Shown: positions 12,401-23,160 of the stretch, piece by piece
Layout: each line of letters opens with the position of its first letter
Position numbering within the stretch: position 1 is the stretch's first letter
Source of the DNA: Lama guanicoe
Lineage: Eukaryota
Direction: 5' to 3'
Assembly (NCBI GenBank): GCA_013239625.1
Contig: MU054323.1
Location: 17,798,029-17,862,028, forward strand
DNA length: 64,000 nt
The notes under the pieces: model-generated
Databases searched by the model: none
The model's input: only the letters and a program-made list of their open reading frames with translations
What the model was told of the DNA's origin: nothing
Position numbers and translations under genes: made by a program

Positions 12401-13058
12401 TAAACACACAAGGCTCTTAATTATAAGCAATAGCAGCTGACTTGTGCTGATTAAGCAGAAAGGCTGTGGGGTAGCTCACGAAACAGTTGGCAGGACCAGA
12501 GCAGGCTTGAGGCTGAGCTTCTGGGATCAAAGCCTGAGACCATGCTGCAGAAGTGACCCAGTAAGGAAGCTGCTGACCCTGCTTTTCCCCAGAGCACAGA
12601 AAGGCTGCCGGGAAGGCACACTCTCCCACAACCCTGCCGGTACTCATACTTCTGGGCCAGGACTGATCTCACAACAACTGGCACCTCAGGAGAATGGACG
12701 CCCCTTGCCACCACCCTTGTCAGCAAAAGGGTCACAGGGCACCACCTCCTTCCTCTGGCTCATGTTTTCTGATTAAACTGTTGCCTGGGTGCATCTTCGT
12801 GGCCAATCCAAGGCTTCATGCCTGTGTTCTAGCTGCCAAGGTCTCTGGGGAAGCAAATTTTCTGACTTTAGGGAGGCAGAACTCATATAGCAAAATACAC
12901 AAAAGGTGAGAGGTAACCAGAAAATGTGACATACATTTTCTCTCAAAGAGCTGTGAAAACTAACAAGTATGTCAAATGTTTGGCATGCTTCTGGGGTTCT
13001 TTAATTTTTGTTTCCTTTTCTTCTTTATCAGAAATACCCACTTGCTTACTGGACTCAC

Positions 13059-15333
13059 CCCCAGGCTGGTTTCTATGTAGGCAGGATTTGTAAATAAAAG
13101 GGAATGGAACTTGTGACCCAGGGTGAGGCCCACTGGAAAGGGTTTCTTCTTCCTAGTGCCATTCCTTGGATGGACTTGACTTCTTGGCTCCTGACCCTTG
13201 CCTGCCCTGACCCATGGGAGCTACTCACTCCTTCCTCTTGCACTTGACTTTTTGATTCCTATACCTCTGCTTGCTCGTGACCACAGCAACCCACTGACAC
13301 TCCCCTCCCCCCATTTTGTCCAAAGCTCTTGGTCTCTTGACTTTTCATTTGTAAATGATCCTGAAACCAATTGGATTCTCTTCTAACCCTGACTTCTGGA
13401 CAACGTATGCAGCACTTCCATATTTTGCATAATCATTGAAAGAGCTTCTAAGAAATATTTGATTCTATCTTAAAAAATTTTTTTTAGATTCATAAAATTA
13501 CTTTCCTATCTCTAATGAAAGAAAAGTGAAGAAAGTCTGAGTGAAGAAAGTCTGAAGTCTAAGAAATACTTGATTCTATCTTTTCAAAAAATTTTTTTTA
13601 GATTTACAGAATAACTTTCCTATCTCTAGTGAAAGTGAAGAAAGTCTGAAGTGGAGATAGGAGACAAAAGAAACAGTTACAGAATGGTTTCCCCATCACT
13701 TACCCCAGTCTTCTGTTTCTCTTCCTAAGAAGAAATTCACAGGACTTTGTATACAGAGGGGAAAAGAAAACCAAAACAACTTGCTCCAAGAAATATGCTA
13801 GCATCTTTCTTACTGATGAAATGTCTCCAAACCCTCTGCATTCTCTTTCATGGGTCTGTACTTGCTAAATTGCCAGAACTTCTTCCCAACTAAAACAAAG
13901 GGTAGTGTTCTTGACATTATCAGCCTCGTATCAGGCTGTTGGGACTCTCTGGGCGAAGAGAATGCCTTGAGGAGATGGGGAGAAAGCAGTAAGATCCTGT
14001 TCTACAATCATGGCTCAGGGAGCCAGCAATTATTTATCTGTGATTATTTATTCAAGTTCTCCTGATATCACACAACTTCATTGACATTCTGGGAAATGCT
14101 CTGCTCAGTTGGCTGGAAATGTCCTCAGAAGTCCTTAGGCTTGTTTGTATCCTGGGTTGTGATCTAGAAAAGTATGCATAAGCAGCAATGGAAAAGGCTC
14201 CTTGTTCAGAGTTGTCACAGTATAGTAGTGACTGTCCCTCAGGATGAAAGCAATTGAAGCAACGTGCTATTTTACATCATCGATCCCCTACAGAAGCAGA
14301 GTTCTACTGGAGAGTATTGCAAACAGCTACCAGATTTTCCTTGCTCAATTGCATACCTCAAAATAAGGCATTGCTAGAGAAAGACCGAGGACATCAGATC
14401 AAAAAGAGCTAGCACGTCTTAAGGAAAATATCTTAAGATATTTAAGTGTGGCTCCATCTATTTGCATTGTTGGGAGAATTGGAGTTAGAGTTAGACGACT
14501 TTGAACCTCAGCTCTACTACTTTGGAAGAGGGTTTTGGATGAGACATTGGTCCCACTATTATATAACTTCTCTATTTTATAAAAGTGAAGGACTTAAAGT
14601 TGCAAATGTAGCAGATCCTTTTCTGGCATCTACATTAACTAAGATTCATTAGATTGTGGGCCATAAAGGCACTGAAAAAATGGGAGGGAGAGAGGTAATG
14701 CCAAAGAAGGAACACGGTTCTGGAAAGGGCCAGAGCGTAATACCATGGAAGTAGCACTTCTAGCTGGGGTGCCCAGGTTGTGGTGTCCTGTTGACCTTGA
14801 GGCAGAAGGAACGGGTAGCCAGCATAGCCAACATCATGCTCAACGAGGAATGCAGGAACTCTCTCAGGCAGAGTCCACTTACTACTACATTTTGCCTACT
14901 CTTCGCTCCGCTTAGCATACTTAGTTAAGCAGCAGGAGAAGCAGTCGTGGCAGGTCAGAAAAAGTATACTATTGATGGGGGTGGGAATGAACCACAGGTT
15001 GAGTTCATGTTGGAGGGATCCAGATCCAGAGTCCTGCTGGGGAAGGAAATCCCTGACTTGCTGCCAAACTTCATCACGGGGCGTGTGGACCTTGTTCTTT
15101 CTGGTTCAGTGGTCTTGATCCAGCTGCAAGAATAACTTGTGCATGAATTGGCCACAGAAACAAGTAAAGCTATTGGATGAGGACAGGCAGATGGCAACCT
15201 CTCTGACCCTTTATCCACATCTGGTGTTTGGAGGGTTGGTCTGGTGAATTGCAGCAAGTCCATCTGCTGGGCTCCTCAACCCAGCTTCTAGCAGCTCAGG
15301 GCACCTGTCCCATTCCTCTTTCCCTGGCTGGGT
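13059..15333 (-). pseudogene. Putative decayed ORF or large-exon relic of an unidentified protein
   Basis: Only 3 stops in about 230 codons at 15333-14640, with many C/G-ending codons; protein-like segments keep recurring in the same frame down to about 13260; two CxxxxCxxC motifs; acceptor-like TAG at 15336-15334 and donor-like GTGAGT at 13058-13053; no recognisable TE inside. Stop density over the whole span is only slightly below random. Confidence 0.42.
13447..13652. repeat. Local tandem duplication (111 + 95 bp) with a nested 15-bp duplication
   Basis: tctaagaaata(t/c)ttgattctatctt...gaaagtctgaagt occurs twice; agtgaagaaagtctg x2 at 13525-13554. Confidence 0.95.
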
Positions 15334-16495
15334 CTATTACAAATGACAAGTTCTAAGAATGGTCTAAAACTGTGTTGAGAGTATAGGCAAAATGTTTCCA
15401 TCATTACATGGTCCTAGAATAGAATGGAAGAACAGGAATGAGTGATTCTACTCACCAAGTCCAGGGTAAGGCTCAGGTCCAGAAAGGGGCTGTGATTTCC
15501 CCAGGCTCAGCTGAAAGAGTGTTTTGTAGAATTGGAAACGTTTCAAAAAGAAATTTAAAATTATCAGTGGGCAGGATTGTTACCTCTCACTATCAGGTGG
15601 AGTTTGTACAGTGAACTGTTATTAATAAAAGGGGAATACATATCTTCTAGTGTTTCAGGGTTTAACCCACTGACTGAGCAAAAACCATACTGCTAATACT
15701 GGTTTTATGTAATTGTGGTGGAAAGGCACTTATTTTACCAGTTTAATGCAGCACGCGGTTTCAGGGGAAATACTGTTTTGTTTTGGAAGGACAGTGATGG
15801 CTGTTTATGCCCAGCAAATCCTGGGCCTTAAAATATTGCTTTGTACTTTATGATTGTTTTCTAGACTGCCTGTGACTCACAGTATAAGAATCCTTTAATT
15901 ATTCTGAAAGTGACTAGCTGGCTGGCTGTATTTTTCCTTCTGTCCTTCCATTTCTATCTTCCAGGCAGGGCTAATTCTCCAGGTTTGAAGCTGTCTTTTC
16001 TACTAGCGTCTCCTGTGCCACCAGCCATTAGAGGTGCAGACATGGCGTGTCCCTGCCCTGGAGCAGTGCCGCTGTCCCTCCCCACACTGAAGGGAGAGCC
16101 CCAGCCTCATTCCCAGTCCCACTAAGAAGGGGCCTCAATAGAAAAGTGAACCAGGGCCAGCCAGCCCCCTACCCGACCCCGGCTGTGGCTGTGTTGTGTT
16201 GGCTAACCTTCTGCTTTTTGCTTTAGATAAAGTCCATCATGGTTTGTCTTTACTTTTCAGTTTTTCTTTTCTCATGACGGATCCATTTTGAGAGACTTTC
16301 CTTTTAACCAAGAAGATACGGTTTTCTGGCCAGACTTTCTCATTGTCGACACAAAGGAAGACCCCTCCTTTCTCTTTTCCTTACATGTCTCCCTGTCCCA
16401 GCATAAGGCAGCACCTTCATACACAGCACTTAACTGGCACTTGGGAGACATTCATTCCCCTGGTCCATAAATACTTACTGAAGGTCTGCCTTAAG

Positions 16496-16607
16496 TAAGG
16501 TGACCAACTGTCCAGCTTACCTACCACTGGTTTTAGAGCTGAAAGTGCTGTGTCCCAGGAACCCCCTCATGCTGAGAAAACTCCAGCAACTGTTCCGTCT
16601 GACCCTA
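16496..16607. mobile_element. MER81-like hAT-Blackjack MITE inside an L2 tail
   Basis: taaggtgaccaactgtcc...ctgaaagtgctgtgtcccaggaaccccctca...gacccta. Confidence 0.75.
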
Positions 16608-16691
16608 AGCTCAGCACTGCCTAGGGGCTGGGTGACAGCTGGGTCAGGTACTCAGTGACCTTCTGTGTTTTCAGGTTCTTTTTTCAGAGCA

Positions 16692-16880
16692 AAGCATGAC
16701 ATGGTGGAAAGGGCACTCAACTAGAACTGGGGGTCCTGGGCTCCGGTCCCAGTTTGGCCACTAAAGAGGCAGGGGCTCGAGGGCAGGTCACTGAACTTCA
16801 GTTTCCTTCTCTGAAGAGCAGAGAAGTTGAATTTGGCGTTCTTTGACTTTTTTTTATGACCCAGATTCTATAGTTCTATT
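16692..16880 (+). mobile_element. MIR/MIR3 fragment
   Basis: gcatgacatggtggaaagggcact...gggcaggtcactgaacttcagtttcct. Confidence 0.7.
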
Positions 16881-16969
16881 TCTAAAGCAACTTGATAAAC
16901 CAATTCACACTAATTAGCATTACTAGAGAAGAAGTAGTAGGCAAGAAGGTTTTGTTGACACTTGCTGAT

Positions 16970-17200
16970 GATGCTAACATTTACAAGGTCCTCATTCGGT
17001 GCCAGACACATCAATCATATTATTTCATTCTCATAATAACTTTTGGGCTAGGTGCTTTCTTTACTTTCATTTGCAGATAAGCGACTCAAGGTCTAGATGG
17101 GGTAAGTAACTTGCCCCAAAGCACAAAGAAAGTTGTGGATTAAAGATCAGAACCCAGGAGGTCTGACTTCCAAGTCCAAACTTGAACGGTTGCTCTCACT
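16970..17200 (-). mobile_element. MIR
   Basis: catttgcagataagcgactcaagg...aagtaacttgcccc...gaacccaggaggtctgacttcc. Confidence 0.8.
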
Positions 17201-18149
17201 GGCTACAGATAAGTCAACAGTTAAAATGAACAGGCTAATTGTTTCCCCTCAAAGGGCACGGAAAAAGGAAACTGGTGATCTGGAATGAGATCTTTGCATC
17301 CTGGGCTGCCAAAGGATTATGGTCCTGAAAAACAGAGCCTGGCATTTATGAAATTAGTGTTTGTAGCTTATGGCGAGGACCCTCCCTGTGCTTTAAGACT
17401 AGCCAAGGGGTGGCAGAACCAATTGAGAATCAGAGCATCCTTCACCCCCCGCTGCTTCTTTCCTGTTTTGGAAACTTTAGGATATTTCTACTCCCTGCAG
17501 GATCCGTGAAGCACTTTAGGTGCTATTAGCAAGGCTCGGAGGGTCACTGCCAGCTGCTCCCACTGCCTCTTACTGTTGGTCTGAGAAAAATTAAATCTAC
17601 TTTGCCTAACAGTGTGTATATGGGTGTGTATGGGGTGGTGGGGAGAGGAGTGTAGGAAGATTCTTACCAGGCACGTTTCTTCTCTTTCTTTAGAAAGGAT
17701 GATTTGAAATACAAACAAAATATGGCTGTGGGGTCACATTCACAGCAGCTGGCAGAGCTTCACTTAATTAAACTTCTGTGCTTGCTTTATTCATACATTT
17801 CACTTGCCCCATTCCCTTCCTCTCTGACTCCTTATAAAGGCAATGCTATTTCACAGGGAAGGTTGAGGTGGGTGGGGCAGGATTAAAAACTGTTAGTCTT
17901 TAAGACCAACACTAATTAACAACATTTATTTTACTGTGATTGTCTACGTGAAAGTATGCAACAGTAAATTTGTATTCTGAGAATCTGACTGCTTTGGACT
18001 GAAGCGTTAAAGGGAATTAACAGTTCCTGGGAGCTCATCCTCATTTGCTCTAAATTCCCCAGAGCACAGTGAAACACCAGTGTCAGGGGTGGGAAACGGA
18101 AATGAGGGCTAAAAGTGATGGTCAGTGGAGCTGCCAGCCACCGGCGTGA

Positions 18150-18745
18150 TCACTGTAAAACTCTGATCTGATCCGCTTTCTCTCTCCTGCTGCAAAACCC
18201 GAGACAGGTCTCCTGCCTGCTGGCTCAAGGGGAAGTGCCTTAGCCTGGCAAGGAAAATAGTTCACAGCCTGGCTCCGTTTCTCTCGTCTCTCTCATTCAC
18301 CACTACCTGCCCAGCGCTCCAGTCACATGACCCCAGCCCACCCCCGCCATCATTATGTTCACATCCCTATGATTTTCTTCATAAGTGATTCCGTTGTCTT
18401 TTAATGCCTTTCACACCCTCCACGTCCCTGTCACCTGGTGAATTCCTCTCACCCTTTCAATTGAAGTTCAAATCTTGCCTTTTCTGTGAAGCCTGTCTAG
18501 ACTCTCCCTGGTGGAGTTAATCTCTCCCTCTCTTGTGTTTCCATATTTCTTTGCATATTTTTATCAACAGCATTTATCACTGTGTGTTGTAATTTTTAGT
18601 GGCATGGCTGTCTCCTTCATTAATCTGTGTCTTATTTATCCTTATTATTTCCTTCCAATTTCAGAGTCTGGCACAAGCCAGGAAGTATTAAGGATATAGG
18701 AAGTATATAGGAAGTACTTAAAACTTTATGTTTTGTAAATGAGCA
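18150..18745 (+). mobile_element. L2 3' region
   Basis: cacctggtgaattcctctcacc...ttctgtgaagcct...agtctggcaca are L2-type motifs. Confidence 0.65.
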
Positions 18746-18819
18746 CATTACAGCTGTTATAATCTGTCAGTTATTATTTATTGTATATTTACTACGTGCA
18801 AAGCATCCTGTAGGTGCTG

Positions 18820-18881
18820 TATATATATGTGTGTCTGTGCATGTGTGTGCGTGTGTGTGTGTGTATGGAGAGAGAGAGAGA
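18820..18881. repeat. (TA)n(TG)n(GA)n compound microsatellite within a minus-strand L2 fragment (about 18770-19200)
   Basis: Directly visible. Confidence 0.85.
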
Positions 18882-20084
18882 AAAATCTGAATGACATAGG
18901 TCAGAGTTCTTCAAGAACCACAAAATTCTGTAGGAGACAAAGAATTAAAAGGCAAAGCAGAATAAACATCACGCAAAGATGCTTTGCTATGGGAGCTTAA
19001 TGGAGGGGGAGTTGGATTGGGGTTGGGGTGGGAAGGAGGCATCACAGAATAGGTGGCCTATAAAAGGATTTTGACAGATATAGAAATAATGGAGGACTGG
19101 GATATCCAGGCTGAGGATGCAGTATGAGCAGAGGCATGAAGATAGGACATAGTAATTTCCCTGCAACAAAAGAGTCTGAGAGTGCTGGTCTCACCATAAC
19201 TAGGGAGGCTGAACACTTTAAAAAAGTCTGAAATAAATCCCATTAATATCAATAAATGCATTTTCCCTAGTTGCCTGTATTTGCATCCTCTAAGCAGGAG
19301 TGGTGATTAATCATCTCCAAATTGCTCAAGGATATGAAGAGGGGTGTTCATAAGTCTTCAACAGCAAGAAATGCATGTTGCCAGTAAAGCATTACAATTT
19401 ACTTTGTATGCATCATTTCTGTTGGGACTGTGCAGCAGATAACCATAGCAGTAGGTCCTAGCCCAGTCTTGACAGAAACACAAAGAAAATGTTTGTAAGA
19501 GGCGGCCACTTCCTGTGCAAACAAAGTTTTGATGGCTTGGCTACAGCTCTAGGGGCTTTCAAAATATAGCCAGAAAACACAAAGTCAGCTAATACTTTAC
19601 ATGACAATTGTATCTTTAAAATGAAAGGAAAACAAGCCCCCAATTTATTTGTCCCACAGCGATCCTTTTTGAAAATAAAAACTTTTGAATCAGATACAAA
19701 TGCTATAAATGAACCAACCAGAAACTGTACATGGTCAGTTTCCAATCTAAGGATGCAAGGCTTTTTATCTGCCAAGTTCATGTAATATGTGGCAGCAACA
19801 AACAGTTGACAGATAGAAATTGCAGTTTGTATTGAAAAGTTTTAAACTTTACCCAGGGATCCACCACCATTGATAATATTTATGAAGTCCCTTGCTGTTA
19901 CAATACAAGGCCTGTGAGAGCAGTATTGTGCAGACGTACTTCCTGCATGCTAGGTGTTACCATGTTAGACTGTTGGGTTCATGCATTCAAGGACTTGCAG
20001 ACGTCAGAATAAATAACCAACCAGCCATGGTCTCTTGCATTTCCTTCTTACTTTTTACAAGTCGACATACCTTCACTTTCATGT

Positions 20085-20250
20085 TTTCATTTTTCATGAC
20101 TCTGAAGTAAATAGAGGATGAAGAATGATCCTCACTTTACAGATGAGGAAACCGAAAGGCAGAAATGACACAGATGACAACAAATCGCTCACATACAACT
20201 GGTTATCACCACAGAAAGAACCAGAACTCTTGCCTTCAGACTTCTTGTCC
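20085..20250 (-). mobile_element. MIR
   Basis: cctcactttacagatgaggaaaccga. Confidence 0.75.
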
Positions 20251-20559
20251 ATCGCTACCCGATGGTGCTCATGAAGGGACTTACCCCACATAGAGTGTCG
20301 TAGAGATGGGGAGCAAGAGCAAATATCTGAGTGCCATGGCGATGAATGTAAGGAAGGATGACGGTTCCATGATGGATGGGATTGACTCAGAAGGAGCCTT
20401 TATGACACCTCTGAGGTTGGAGGCTCACTAGAATGGATATATCTGGCATTCACATAACAGACATCCTCCCACAAAAATTTGGATTTAAAATCTTCAAGTC
20501 CTTCATGGGAAACCACATAGCGTCACATAGCAAAAGCAGCAGATGTTAGCGACAGTAAT

Positions 20560-20800
20560 CACAGTGCACATCTGCGGAGTGCTCCATCTACACCAGGTCT
20601 TGTGTTCAGAGTCATACCCACCATGTCCTTTAACAACATCCCTTGGAGGAAGGTACTATTCCTGTCGTGTTGCAGATAACAAAACTGAAGCATAAGTAGT
20701 TTGTCAAGGTTTTACAAGTAATAAACAACAGAGTGGAGAACGAACCCCAGCAGCCTGGCTCCGAAGCCAGAGTATTTTCCCCACATTATCCCAACTGCTC
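20560..20800 (-). mobile_element. MIR
   Basis: aggtactatt...ttgcagataacaaaactgaagc...gaaccccagcagcctggctcc. Confidence 0.7.
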
Positions 20801-21244
20801 TGTACCAACTGTAATGTCTGTAGGGTGAAAGGGATGGAACATGTGCAGGAGTGGGGGTTGAATCTGACCCTGAAGATTGAGTTCAAGTGTTGGGTAACAC
20901 CTGAGAAGGCAGATCCCACAGGGAGAGCCCTCGGTCACAGGAACCTAGAACCAACCCCCAATGCTGTGTCTCAGCCAAGAGATCAGCCAACAGGCAAGTA
21001 AAAGGCATTGGAATGTCAAGGAGCAAACTGATTCTCATGTTTTCCCACCTCTGTTTCCCTCTTGTTCTTCAGAACTTTCTGGGATTTTTTTTTTTTTGGT
21101 TCCATTTCAGGGATAATTTTCTAGAGCTGGATGTGGCTGCAAGTAGAATTAGGTTTCCATCCTCTTGAGTCTTTAGCATGTTTTCTAACCCTTAGAAGAC
21201 TCACTGTTCTTGGTGAGACAAAGAAAATATTCCTTAAACACAGG

Positions 21245-21596
21245 TACAATGGACTGAATGTTTGGGTCCTTCCAAAAGTCACATGTTGAAACCCTAACCC
21301 CAATGTGATGGTCTTTGAAAGTGGGGCCTGTGGAAAGTAATTTGGTCATGATGGTGGAGCCCTCAGGAGTGGGGTTAGTGCCCTTATCAGAAGAGGCTGG
21401 AGAGCTAGCTAGCTCTCTTTTCTGCCACGTGAGGATAGAAAGAGAAGTCAGCTATCTGCAACCCGTAAAAGGGCCCTTACCAGGACCCCGATCTCAGACC
21501 TCTGTCCTTCAGAACTATGAGAAATAACTTTCTGTTGTCAATAAGCCATCCAGTCCATATAGCATTGTGTGGTAGCATCCTGAACTGACGCAGACA
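21245..21596 (+). mobile_element. MLT1A-like MaLR solo LTR
   Basis: atggactgaatgtttg...atgttgaaaccctaacccc...cagaactatgagaaataa...gaactgacgcagaca. Confidence 0.9.
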
Positions 21597-22412
21597 GTGG
21601 GATACCTAGGGCCTTCTCTTCAGTGGAGCATGCTTTCTGTTCTCCCCCACATCCTGCCTCTGTTCCCAAAGCTTCGGTAGGAAGCAAAGCCAAGCTGTCC
21701 TCTGAGATACCATCATTTCTTCTCTACGGCCCTGACCCATTCCTAGTGAATCTTGAAAGAAATGCTACACAACCACCTTTTGAAATGAAATGCTTTTCTA
21801 TTGAACTTCACATCCTCCCATTTACTCTTTAGGGTACAAATTGATCCGACTTGATTTATCAGAGAGCCAGAACTGCAGGCAAATAAGACACCGGAGTAGT
21901 CAACCACTCTTTTAAGCCAGCAGTAATTGTTACTCCTGTTGGCTGGCTAAATGACTTGTATCTGGAGAAGATGCTCAGAATGAATCCAAATGCCCAAGGT
22001 GACAGAGACAGAACATTCCAAAGTGGGCTTTAGCAGAGCAAGTGTTTCTTCCTGTCTTACAAGGGTTTGGTTTGATATTTCCCCCTCTTTCCCTCGTAAC
22101 CTGTCTCCTGGGGCTAGTGTCACCCACAGGCACCAAAGGCAATGCATGTATGTAATAGTGAGGAAAAATAGCCTGTGTGGGGATGAGAAGAGGTTGGGTA
22201 TTAGCATTTAATCCGAGAATGTGCTTACTCGTGCCTTGGTCATTAGTAAACCCATGAATAGGCACAACAGTAGAGAAGGTGAAGTCCTTTTGCTGGTGAA
22301 CTGTCCATTTTTAAATTAAAAAAGAAATATACAAGATAACTGAAAAAATATAACTGACACTCATATACCAACTACCCAGATTTGAGTTGTCATTTTGTGA
22401 TATTAGCGTTGA

Positions 22413-22490
22413 TTTCCTTCCTTCCTTCCTTCCTTCCTTCCTTCCTTCCTTCCTTCTTCCTTCCTTCCTTCCTTCCTTCTTTCCTTCTTC
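22413..22490. repeat. (TTCC)n microsatellite
   Basis: Directly visible. Confidence 0.95.
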
Positions 22491-22689
22491 AGAAACAAAA
22501 TGTTACAGTAGAGCTACATCTCCATACTGCCACCCCACTGTTTTATTCCTTTGTCTTTTTTTTTCCAGAGAGAAGTGCTATTGCAGCATTAGATTTCTTG
22601 TTTATCAAAATTACTTTTACTATATAGAGATACATGCAGAAGGAATATGTAGTCCTCTCTGAAGCTGGACTTCTAATATTAACCCTTGG

Positions 22690-23160
22690 GATATATTCTG
22701 TATGAATCCTTTGAAAACTTTTTTTGTATGACATTATATTGCAGTTTACCCATGTTCACACCAGTTGATCTAGTTCAGTGATTTTAACTGCTGCATTGTA
22801 TTGCTTTGTATGAAGAACTTCAAATTTATTTCCCTCTATTCTATTGATAAACATGTTTTTCCTACTACAAACAATGCTGCAATACACCTTCTTGTTCAAG
22901 TCTCCTCAGAGCCATGGATGAAATTTTCTCTTCATGATCTATACTTTGGAATTACGGGGCGGGAGGGTATAGCTCAGTGGTAGAGTGCATGCTTAGCATG
23001 CATGAGGTCCTGGGTTCGATTCCCAGTACCTCTGTTAAACAATAAACAAACAAACAAACAAACCTAGTTACCTCCCTCCCACCCCCCAAAACAAAAAAAG
23101 AATGGAATTGCTGGGTTACAAGTTTTCTTCCATTTTACTAGCTATTACCAAATTGTTTAA
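22690..23160 (-). mobile_element. Old L1 (L1ME-like) fragment, interrupted by a SINE
   Basis: tactacaaacaatgctgcaata...tggaattgctgggtta...taccaaattg. Confidence 0.65.
22956..23102 (+). mobile_element. Camelid-type tRNA-derived SINE (Vic-1-like)
   Basis: A box tagctcagtgg, B box ggttcgattcc, (AAAC)n, C-rich segment and A tail; TSD tggaattac (22947-22955) / tggaattgc (23103-23111). Confidence 0.9.

Noticed and set aside
13740..13900. GNAT motif-A-like reading QVQTHERECRGFGDIS on the minus strand
   Set aside because: A different frame is open for more than 60 codons here and is in register with the rest of the relic, so this motif is probably a frame artefact.
14426..14443. Perfect 18-bp palindrome aaatatcttaagatattt
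   Set aside because: AT-rich; one such palindrome in 64 kb is not unexpected.
14470..14590. MIR fragment inside the putative relic
   Set aside because: Only a faint resemblance, and the relic frame reads through it plausibly; left unassigned.
13261..15333. Argument that the relic's stops all derive from CAA/CAG/CGA
   Set aside because: True of any stop codon, so it is not evidence of former coding.
22956..23035. tRNA gene
   Set aside because: The tRNA-like head is followed by a simple-repeat and A tail and flanked by TSDs, so it is a SINE; the same applies to 48730-48804.
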